A DNA stretch of 64,000 nucleotides from Acidimicrobiia bacterium (lineage in GTDB: Bacteria; Actinomycetota; Acidimicrobiia; Acidimicrobiales; Aldehydirespiratoraceae), in contig JAJEDD010000018.1 of assembly GCA_022821685.1 (NCBI GenBank), positions 62,655-126,654 of the forward strand, read 5' to 3'. The notes beneath the pieces are model-generated. The model saw only the letters and a program-made list of their open reading frames with translations. It made no database searches and was not told where the DNA came from. This document shows positions 53,869 through 61,461 of the stretch, in pieces. Every line of letters begins with the position of its first letter. Position 1 is the first letter of the stretch. Both the position numbers and the translations under genes were made by a program.

Positions 53869-54248
53869 CGGCGCGACCGCTTGGGCCAGTACCGCTGGAA
53901 GCTGCGGCTCATGGGATGCAATAGGAGAGCAGCCAGCGCCACGTCGAACAGCAGATCGATCACGTCGGCCCACAGCCAGCGCAGAGTGTCGGTCAAGGCC
54001 AGCAGCACCCGCAACACCAATGGAAGTGCCGCAATGGCAACGCCCAGCCGGTATCCCCACCGTCGCTCGTTGGCGATGCCGAATGCCGCGGTCACCTTGC
54101 CCACCGCGATGGCTAGCGCGTAGACGGACAGCAACCGGCCGCCGATGAGGCCGAGCACCAGTGCGAAGCCGCCCTGGAAGTACAGCAGCAGCTGCGCGAT
54201 GTACAGCGTCTGGGGCTGGCGGGGGTTGACCCACACTCGGGTCCTCAT
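53865..54248 (-). CDS. Small integral membrane protein, unknown function
   Basis: 127 aa from ATG 54248 (MRTRVWVNPRQPQTLYIAQLLLYFQGGFALVLGL...) with four hydrophobic helices. The longer ORF-track version upstream is antisense to mshD. Confidence 0.55.
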   Translation of the reverse strand: MRTRVWVNPRQPQTLYIAQLLLYFQGGFALVLGLIGGRLLSVYALAIAVGKVTAAFGIANERRWGYRLGVAIAALPLVLRVLLALTDTLRWLWADVIDLLFDVALAALLLHPMSRSFQRYWPKRSRR

Positions 54249-54257
54249 GCCCCCAGT

Positions 54258-55034
54258 ATGCAGGCGGGCCGAAGCCCTGCGCTCGCCTGTCCGGTCGCTC
54301 GCAGAGGTGGCAGTACCCTCGGACCGGTGCGCTACGAGATTGATCCACCGGAGACGGTCGGCGGTGAAGCGCAGCTTGTGGTGCTCGCAGGGAGGGGCAG
54401 CGGCGAGACGGACGGCATTCTGGCTGAGGCGCTGTCCGGCCTGGACGACGGCGCCGCGGTCCGACTGTGGATCCGGGAGGCCGCGCCGGGCGACGACGCC
54501 GCGGCCGGCCGCTTCGGCTTTGAGCCCTACCGCGATCTGTGGCAGCTGCGCTGCGAACTGCCCGCGGCTCCGTCGGGGCTGTGGACCAGAGCCTTCGGGC
54601 TCGACGACCTCGATGAGTTCGTGTCGGTCAACAACCGGGCCTTCCACTGGCACCCCGAGCAGGGCGGGCTGACCGCCGACGACGCGCGCGAACGGATGGC
54701 CGAGCCGTGGTTCGACGCCGACGGCTTCCGGCTGCACCACCGGGAGGGCCGACTGGCCGGGTTCTGCTGGGCCAAGGTCCACGCCGATCACGATCCTGCG
54801 CTGGGCGAGATCTATGTGATCGCGGTCGATCCCGACTTCGCGGGCCGAGGCCTGGGCCGGCCCATGACTCTGGCCGGCCTGGAATGGCTTTCTGGCCGCG
54901 GGCTGAGCGTCGGCATGCTCTACGTGGAATCCGACAACCACCCCGCCAACGCCGTCTACCGGCGCATCGGCTTCAAGCACCACCACACCGACCGCGCCTA
55001 CCGCCGCGCTCCAACCGACAGGCCCAGCCAATAG
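54258..55034 (+). CDS. mshD: Mycothiol synthase (GNAT acetyltransferase MshD)
   Basis: VNNRAFHWHPEQGGLTADDARERMAEPWFDADGF, GFCWAKVH, GEIYVIAVDPDFAGRGLG, LYVESDNHPANAVYRRIGF. Confidence 0.75.
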   Translation: MQAGRSPALACPVARRGGSTLGPVRYEIDPPETVGGEAQLVVLAGRGSGETDGILAEALSGLDDGAAVRLWIREAAPGDDAAAGRFGFEPYRDLWQLRCELPAAPSGLWTRAFGLDDLDEFVSVNNRAFHWHPEQGGLTADDARERMAEPWFDADGFRLHHREGRLAGFCWAKVHADHDPALGEIYVIAVDPDFAGRGLGRPMTLAGLEWLSGRGLSVGMLYVESDNHPANAVYRRIGFKHHHTDRAYRRAPTDRPSQ

Positions 55035-55078
55035 CGGGCCAGAGCAGGCCGCGCCCGGCCGATTCGTTGCCCGTGGCG

Positions 55079-55723
55079 CTAGCGGGTGGTGGACGAGGGG
55101 CAGAAGTCGTTGAGGATGCAGTCCTCGCAGCGGGGTCGGCGAGCCACGCACACCCGGCGGCCGTGCAGGATCATCCGCAGGCTGAAGTCGCCCCGCTCAG
55201 CAGCCGGGATCATCGGGTTGAGCTCCAACTCGATCTTCACCGGGTCGGTCTCGGAGGTGAGCGCGAGCAGGCTCGACAGCCGGGTCACATGGGTGTCGAC
55301 GGGCAGGCCCGGCAGGCCCAGGGCCACGCTGCGGATCACGTTGGCCGTCTTGCGGCCGACGCCGGGCAGCCGCACCAGGTCGCGCATGGCGCCGGGCACC
55401 TCGCCCCCGTAGTCGTCCATCAGCATCCGAGCCATGCCCACCAGGCTCTTGGACTTGTTGCGGAACAGCCCGATGGTGCTGATGTAGGGCTGGACGTCCT
55501 CGGGCTCGGCCTCGGCCAGCGTCTCGGCGTCGGGGAACCGGGCGAACAGGCCCGGCGTGGCCTTGTTGACCCCCACATCGGTGGCCTGCGCCGACAAGAT
55601 GGTGGCTGCCAGCAACTCGAAGGCGTTGCTGTGATCGAGTTCGCACACCGCGTCCGGATACTCCGAGGCCAGACGCTCGTGAGCACGCCGAGCGCGGCCC
55701 TTGGGAGTGCGCGGCCGAGGCAT
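55079..55723 (-). CDS. nth: Endonuclease III
   Basis: HhH-GPD LPGVGRKTANVI, catalytic VDTHV, and the Fe-S cluster loop CVARRPRCEDCILNDFC. ATG 55723. Confidence 0.9.
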   Translation of the reverse strand: MPRPRTPKGRARRAHERLASEYPDAVCELDHSNAFELLAATILSAQATDVGVNKATPGLFARFPDAETLAEAEPEDVQPYISTIGLFRNKSKSLVGMARMLMDDYGGEVPGAMRDLVRLPGVGRKTANVIRSVALGLPGLPVDTHVTRLSSLLALTSETDPVKIELELNPMIPAAERGDFSLRMILHGRRVCVARRPRCEDCILNDFCPSSTTR

Positions 55724-55856
55724 CAACACGAAACTAGCCGCCCAACCGCTCAGGATCGCGGGCCGATCGCCGCCGCGCCGCACGCGACTCGCCCCAACTT
55801 CCGCTCGCTCCCCGCGGTCGATCATGGGCTGCGGGTGTGGGCGGTAGCGTTCTGGG

Positions 55857-57182
55857 GTGCTCAGCCGCCTCGACCTGCGGGGCTTCACCGGCCCGGTTGC
55901 TGATCGCCTGCCTCGTCCCGAGCCCGCCGCCGCCGGCCCGCTGGAGGCGGTGCGCCGCATCGTTGCTGAGGTGCGCGACCGCGGCGACGACGCTCTGCGG
56001 GAGCTGACCGAGCGCTTCGACGGCACCCGGCCCGACCGCCTCACAGTGCCGCAGGCTGAGATCGCTGAGGCCGAGGCCCGCACTCCGGCCGACGTGCGGG
56101 AGGCTCTGGCCGCCGCAGTTGAGAATGTCGCGGCCTACCACCGGCACCAGCTTCTCGACGATGTGGTGCATGAGCGCGACGGCCTCGCGGTGCGAGAGCG
56201 CCACCTTCCGCTGCACCGAGCCGGCTGCTACGTGCCGGGCGGGCGGGCCGCCTACCCGTCCACGCTGATCATGACCGCGGTTCCGGCCCGGGTGGCCGGC
56301 GTGGCTGAGATCGCAGTGTGCGTGCCGCCGGGCCCCAACAGCCGCGTCGCCGACGTGACTCTGGCCGCGGCCGCGGCCGCGGGGGTGACCGAGGTCCATC
56401 CCGTGGGCGGGGCCCAGGCCATCGCGGCGTTGGCCTACGGAACCGAGTCGATTCTCCCGGTTGACGTGATCGCCGGACCCGGCAACGCCTACGTGGCGCT
56501 GGCCCAGCGCGAGGTGGCCGGTGTGGTGGGCGTGCCCGCCGCCTTCGCCGGCCCCTCGGAGGTGGTGGTGGTGGCCGACGCCGACGCCGACGCTGCCTTC
56601 GCCGCCGCCGATGTGATCCTGCAGGCCGAGCACGGCCCCGACGGCCTGGCCTGGCTGGTCACCTGGGATCCGGACACCGCGGCGGCGGTGGAGGCCGAGG
56701 TCGAGCGGCTGGCGGCCTGCGCCGACCGGCGCTCGGAGATCGAGGCCACGCTGAGGCGCTCCGGCCACAGCGTGCTGTGCTCGGGGGCCGAGCAGGCCCT
56801 TGAGGTGGTCAACCAGATCGCTCCCGAGCACCTGGAGCTGATGGTCGCCGACCCCGAGGCCCTGCTGCCGCTGGTCCGCAACGCCGGCGCGGTGTTCTGC
56901 GGGCCGTGGGCGCCGGCCTCGCTCGGCGACTACGCGGCCGGCCCCAACCATGTGCTGCCCACCGACGGCACGGCCCGGTTCGCGGGCGCCCTCTCGGTGC
57001 GTGACTTCCTCAAGAGCATGCACATCGTGACCGCCGACACCGCTGGCCTACGGCGCCTGGCCCCCCACGTGATCGCGCTGGCCGAGGCCGAGGGGCTCAC
57101 AGCCCACGCCGACTCGGTGCGGCTGAGGCTCGCCTCGCTCGACGACGACCCGCGGCCGTCGGCTGCCGCACCCGCGCCATGA
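55857..57182 (+). CDS. hisD: Histidinol dehydrogenase
   Basis: YVPGGRAAYPSTLIM, GPGNAYVA, QAEHGPD, GDYAAGPNHVLPT. Confidence 0.9.
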   Translation: MLSRLDLRGFTGPVADRLPRPEPAAAGPLEAVRRIVAEVRDRGDDALRELTERFDGTRPDRLTVPQAEIAEAEARTPADVREALAAAVENVAAYHRHQLLDDVVHERDGLAVRERHLPLHRAGCYVPGGRAAYPSTLIMTAVPARVAGVAEIAVCVPPGPNSRVADVTLAAAAAAGVTEVHPVGGAQAIAALAYGTESILPVDVIAGPGNAYVALAQREVAGVVGVPAAFAGPSEVVVVADADADAAFAAADVILQAEHGPDGLAWLVTWDPDTAAAVEAEVERLAACADRRSEIEATLRRSGHSVLCSGAEQALEVVNQIAPEHLELMVADPEALLPLVRNAGAVFCGPWAPASLGDYAAGPNHVLPTDGTARFAGALSVRDFLKSMHIVTADTAGLRRLAPHVIALAEAEGLTAHADSVRLRLASLDDDPRPSAAAPAP

Positions 57183-57291
57183 TCGGGTTTGCCACCGTCT
57201 CGCGGTGCTCTGCAAGCAAACTTGCCGCGGTGGGCAACAGGCATGAGCGCACGACCGGCACACTGCTGAGATCAACCGCGGAGGGTTCGCC

Positions 57292-58383
57292 ATGACCGGG
57301 GCCGCAGCGGAGCCCCAAGCAGTGCGTCCCCGTGACGACATTGCCCTGATGGCCGGCTACCACTCGCCCCAACTCGACGTGGCGGTGCGCCTCAACACCA
57401 ACGAGAGCCCGCTGCCTCCCCCCGCGGCCTTCACCGAGGCGGTCTCGGCCGCGGCGTCGACGGTGGCCTGGAACCGCTATCCGGACCGCCAGGCTGTCGA
57501 GCTGCGGTCGAAGATTGCGGCCCGCCACGGCGTGGCCCCCGAGCAGGTCTTCGCGGCCAACGGCTCCAACGAGGTGCTGCAGTGCCTGCTGCTCGCCTAC
57601 GGCGGGCCAGGCCGCGCCGCGGCGGTGTTCGAGCCCACTTACGCACTGCACGCCCATCTGGCCCGGGTGACAGGCACTGTGGTGGCAGAAGGTGAGCGGG
57701 GCGACGACTTCACCCTCGACCCCCAAGCGGCGGCCGCGCTGATCGCGGACGCCCGGCCCGCGGTGACGTTCCTGTGCTCGCCCAACAACCCGTCGGGCAC
57801 GGTCGAGCCGCCCTCGGCGGTGGCGTCGCTGCTGGATGCGGCCGCGGCGACCGGCGGGGTGCTGTGCGTCGACGAGGCCTACGCCGAGTTCTCCCCCCAC
57901 AGCGCCCTGGACCTGATCGACGACCTGATGCCGCTGGCGGTGACCCGCACCTACTCCAAGACCTGGGCCATGGCCGGGGCCCGCCTCGGCTACCTGATCG
58001 GGCCGGCGTGGCTGGTGGCCGAGCTGGAGAAGGTGGCCCTGCCCTATCACCTCGACGCCCTCAAACAGGCGGTGGGCGTCGCCGCGCTCGCCTTCGTCGA
58101 CGACATGGAGGCCCGAGTGAGCGCGATCGTGGCCGAGCGCAACCGGCTGACCGACCGGCTGGGCGGGCTGCCGGTGGACGTGTGGTCCTCGGGGGCCAAC
58201 TTCGTGCTGATCCGGCCCCGCCACCGCGACGGCGCCGAAGTCTGGCGGCAGCTGGTGGACCGGTCGATTCTGGTGCGGGACTGCTCGTCGTGGCCCCGCC
58301 TCGAAGGCTGCCTGAGGGTGACGGTCGGCACCCGATCCGAGAACGACAGTTTCCTGGCTGCCCTAGAAGAAATACTGGCGTGA
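57292..58383 (+). CDS. hisC: Histidinol-phosphate aminotransferase
   Basis: LNTNESPLPP, NGSNE, VDEAYAEF, TYSKTWAMAGARLGY (PLP lysine). Confidence 0.9.
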   Translation: MTGAAAEPQAVRPRDDIALMAGYHSPQLDVAVRLNTNESPLPPPAAFTEAVSAAASTVAWNRYPDRQAVELRSKIAARHGVAPEQVFAANGSNEVLQCLLLAYGGPGRAAAVFEPTYALHAHLARVTGTVVAEGERGDDFTLDPQAAAALIADARPAVTFLCSPNNPSGTVEPPSAVASLLDAAAATGGVLCVDEAYAEFSPHSALDLIDDLMPLAVTRTYSKTWAMAGARLGYLIGPAWLVAELEKVALPYHLDALKQAVGVAALAFVDDMEARVSAIVAERNRLTDRLGGLPVDVWSSGANFVLIRPRHRDGAEVWRQLVDRSILVRDCSSWPRLEGCLRVTVGTRSENDSFLAALEEILA

Positions 58384-58388
58384 GCCTT

Positions 58389-58431
58389 CTAGCGGGCGAG
58401 CGAATGGGCGAGCGAGCCCCGTACCCTCTAG
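58389..58431. mobile_element. 43-bp mini-derivative of the MITE (CTAG...CTCTAG)
   Basis: ctagcgggcgagcgaatgggcgagcgagccccgtaccctctag. This is the left arm plus the right terminus of the family, 5 nt after the hisC stop. Confidence 0.55.
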
Positions 58432-58462
58432 GGGCGCTTCAGGCGGACCCAGGAATCTAAAC

Positions 58463-59053
58463 ATGAGCCGCACGTCTACCCGTTCTCGCTCCACCAAGGA
58501 GACCCGCGTCGAGCTGAGCCTCGACCTCGACGGCGCCGGCATCACCGACGTCTCCACCGGGCTGCCGTTCTTCGACCACATGCTCGACCAGCTCGGACGC
58601 CACGGCGGCCTCGGGCTGTCGATTCAGGCGGTGGGCGACCTCGCGGTGGACGCTCACCACACCGTGGAGGACACCGGGATCGTGCTGGGCGAGGCCTTCC
58701 GGGAGGCGCTCGGCGACAAGGCCGGTGTGCGCCGCTTCGCCAGCATCACCGTCCCCCTCGACGAGGCCGCGGTTGAGGTGGTGCTCGACCTGTCGGGCCG
58801 GCCGTACCTGCACTACGACGTGGACTTCCCCGGCGAGAAGATCCTGGGAGACCCGCCCTTCGATCCGCAACTGGCCGAGGAGTTCTGGCGGGCCTTCGCC
58901 ACCGCGGCCACCGTCACCCTGCACATCGTGCTGCGGCGGGGTCGCAACACCCACCACATCGTGGAGGCCTCGTTCAAGGGCGCAGCCCGGGCCATCCGCG
59001 ACGCGGTGCGGGTGGAGGGCACAGCGGTGCCCTCCACCAAAGGCACCCTGTGA
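58463..59053 (+). CDS. hisB: Imidazoleglycerol-phosphate dehydratase
   Basis: TKETRVELSLDLDG, DAHHTVEDTGI, HHIVEASFKGAARA. Confidence 0.9.
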   Translation: MSRTSTRSRSTKETRVELSLDLDGAGITDVSTGLPFFDHMLDQLGRHGGLGLSIQAVGDLAVDAHHTVEDTGIVLGEAFREALGDKAGVRRFASITVPLDEAAVEVVLDLSGRPYLHYDVDFPGEKILGDPPFDPQLAEEFWRAFATAATVTLHIVLRRGRNTHHIVEASFKGAARAIRDAVRVEGTAVPSTKGTL

Positions 59054-59063
59054 CGGGCACCCT

Positions 59064-59693
59064 GTGATATCCAGGCCGCTGGTCGCCATCGTCGATTACG
59101 GCATCGGCAACCTGCACTCGGCCCAGAAGGGCTTCGAGCACGCCGGCGCCGACGCCAGGCTCACCGCCGACCGGGGCCTGATCTCCGACGCGGCCGGCGT
59201 GGTGCTGCCCGGCGTGGGCGCCTTCGCGCCGTGCATGGCCGCGCTGGGCCGCACCGGACTGGACGAGGCGGCCGTCGCCGCGGCGGGCTCGGGCCGGCCG
59301 TTCATGGGCATCTGCGTGGGAATGCAGGTGCTGTTCGCCGGTTCCGACGAGGCGCCGGGCACCTCGGGGCTCGGCGTCTTCGACCGCATGGTGCGCTGGA
59401 TTCCGGGTCCGGTCAAGCGCCCGCAGATGCAGTGGAACGTGCTGCGGCGCAGCCGTGCCCACCCCATGTTGGACGGTCTCGACGATCCGATATGGGCCTA
59501 CTTCGTCCACTCCCTCGCGCCGGAGACCCCCGACGCAGAAGATGTGGTGGCCACCTGCGACTACGGCGGACCGGTGGTGGCCGCGGTGGCCCGAGGCAGC
59601 GTGTGGGCCGCCCAGTTCCACCCCGAGAAGTCGTCGCGGGTCGGACTGCGCATCCTGGCCAACTTCGTGAACGCGGTGAGGGCCGAGCCGTGA
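59064..59693 (+). CDS. hisH: Imidazole glycerol phosphate synthase, glutamine amidotransferase subunit
   Basis: VAIVDYGIGNLHSAQKGF, GICVGMQVLF (catalytic Cys), QFHPEKS. GTG 59064. Confidence 0.9.
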   Translation: MISRPLVAIVDYGIGNLHSAQKGFEHAGADARLTADRGLISDAAGVVLPGVGAFAPCMAALGRTGLDEAAVAAAGSGRPFMGICVGMQVLFAGSDEAPGTSGLGVFDRMVRWIPGPVKRPQMQWNVLRRSRAHPMLDGLDDPIWAYFVHSLAPETPDAEDVVATCDYGGPVVAAVARGSVWAAQFHPEKSSRVGLRILANFVNAVRAEP

Positions 59694-59709
59694 GGGCCTC
59701 GTGAGCGGG

Positions 59710-60459
59710 ATGGACCTGTACTGCGCGGTCGATGTACGCGGGGGACGCTGCGTGCGCCTGCGCCAGGGCGATTACGGCGCCGAGACCGTTTACGACGACG
59801 ATCCCGTGGCCCGGGCCACCGCGATGGCCGAGGCCGGCGCGGGATGGATCCATGTGGTGGATCTCGACGGGGCCCGCACCGGCCGCCCGGAGAACGCCGC
59901 CGTCGTGGCCGCCATCGCCGCGGCGGTGGACGTGCCGGTTCAGGCCGGGGGCGGGGTCCGCACCGCCGAGGCGGCCGAAGCCTGGTTCGCGGCGGGCGTC
60001 GAGCGGGTGGTGCTGGGCACCGCCGCGCTGCACAACCCCGGTCTGGTCCGGCGGCTGGCCCGCTCGCACCGCATCGCGGTCGGCCTCGACGCCCGCGCCG
60101 GCGAGGTCGCGGTCGAGGGCTGGCTCGAAGGATCGGACCGGTCGGTGCTCGATGTCGCGCGGAGCTTCGCCGCCGACGGCGTGGACGCCTTCGTGGTGAC
60201 CGAGATCAGCCGCGACGGGACACTCGACGGGCCCGATGTCGAGGGCCTGGCCGCCGTGCTCGACGAGGCATCAGCCGACATCGACGTGATCGCGTCAGGG
60301 GGCGTCGGCCAGCTCGACGACTTGAGAACTCTGGCGGGCCTGGAGGGCCGAGGCGGCCGCCGGCTGAGCGGGGTGATCGTGGGGACCGCCCTCTACGAGC
60401 GCCGCTTCACCGTGGCCGAGGCGACCGCCGCGCTGGCCCCGGCCCGAGAGGGCGGCTGA
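59710..60459 (+). CDS. hisA: ProFAR isomerase HisA (possibly PriA-type)
   Basis: [56 protein letters not shown] 59701 is an alternative start. Confidence 0.85.
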   Translation: MDLYCAVDVRGGRCVRLRQGDYGAETVYDDDPVARATAMAEAGAGWIHVVDLDGARTGRPENAAVVAAIAAAVDVPVQAGGGVRTAEAAEAWFAAGVERVVLGTAALHNPGLVRRLARSHRIAVGLDARAGEVAVEGWLEGSDRSVLDVARSFAADGVDAFVVTEISRDGTLDGPDVEGLAAVLDEASADIDVIASGGVGQLDDLRTLAGLEGRGGRRLSGVIVGTALYERRFTVAEATAALAPAREGG

Positions 60460-60460
60460 G

Positions 60461-60535
60461 ATGCAAACGGCCGGGACGATGGCCCGCTGCTCGGGCCAGG
60501 GCGCGCCGTGCCCGTTCTGCGCGGCGGGTGGCTGA
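60461..60535 (+). CDS. 24-codon mini-ORF created by a duplicated hisA/hisF junction (coding status unproven)
   Basis: ATG lies 1 nt after the hisA TGA. It reads [24 protein letters not shown], and its TGA lies 1 nt before the hisF ATG. GGCTGAGATGC is present at both ends. Confidence 0.3.
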   Translation: MQTAGTMARCSGQGAPCPFCAAGG

Positions 60536-60536
60536 G

Positions 60537-61304
60537 ATGCGGGTGGCCCGCATCATTCCCTGCCTCGACGTTGACGCCGGGCGCGTGGTCAAGGGCGTCA
60601 ACTTCGTGGACATCCGCGATGCCGGCGACCCGGTGGAGCTGGCCGCCCGATACGACGCCGGGGGCGCCGACGAGCTCGTCTTCCTCGACATCACCGCCTC
60701 GTCGGACCGCCGCGACACCACGGTGGCCATGGCCCGGGCCGTGGCCGACGAGGTGTTCATCCCGTTCACCATCGGCGGCGGCATCCGCACCCTCGACGAC
60801 GCCCGCCGCCTGCTGCGGGCCGGGGCCGACAAGGTGAGCGTCAACACCGCGGCGGTGCGCCGGCCCGAACTGGTCAGCGAGATCAGCCGGGAGTTCGGCG
60901 CCCAGTGCTGCGTGGTGGCCATAGACGCCCGGACCTCGACACAGGCGCCGAGCGGCTACGAGGTGTTCACCCACGGCGGGCGAACCCGCACCGGCATCGA
61001 CTGCCAACAGTGGGCGGCGGAGGTCGAGCGGCTGGGAGCGGGCGAGATCCTGCTCACCTCGATGGACCGCGACGGCACCAAGGAGGGCTTCGAGCTGCAC
61101 TTGACGTCCATGGTCTCGACGACGGTGGGCATACCGGTGATAGCCAGCGGGGGAGCGGGAACCCTCGACCATCTAGTTGAGGGTGTGATCGCCGGCAAGG
61201 CCGACGCAGTGCTGGCCGCCAGCATCTTCCACTACGCCGAGCACAGCATCGCCGAGGCCAAGACCCGCATGGCCCAAGCCGGAATCAAGATCCGCCCGAC
61301 ATGA
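60537..61304 (+). CDS. hisF: Imidazole glycerol phosphate synthase, cyclase subunit
   Basis: [51 protein letters not shown]. Confidence 0.9.
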   Translation: MRVARIIPCLDVDAGRVVKGVNFVDIRDAGDPVELAARYDAGGADELVFLDITASSDRRDTTVAMARAVADEVFIPFTIGGGIRTLDDARRLLRAGADKVSVNTAAVRRPELVSEISREFGAQCCVVAIDARTSTQAPSGYEVFTHGGRTRTGIDCQQWAAEVERLGAGEILLTSMDRDGTKEGFELHLTSMVSTTVGIPVIASGGAGTLDHLVEGVIAGKADAVLAASIFHYAEHSIAEAKTRMAQAGIKIRPT

Positions 61305-61461
61305 GAGGTGCGCCACCCGCCGGCCGGAACGAACCGACGCGAGAGGGCGCAATTCCTCGCGAGGCGGGTCGCCTCGAGCGGATCCGCTTCCATAGGAGAG
61401 ACAGCCGCACTAATGTCAAGGCCGCGCCATCGCTGAGAACGCTGACGCTTGGAGGTCGCTC

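Noticed and set aside
8952-58431. Recurrent peptide [16 protein letters not shown] / antisense FPALVRCAHGP in many ORF-track proteins as a shared protein domain
   Set aside because: It comes from translating the MITE. It occurs in both orientations, mostly in intergenic positions, and is bounded by inverted repeats. It is not a protein domain, with the possible exception of the in-frame HNH insertion.
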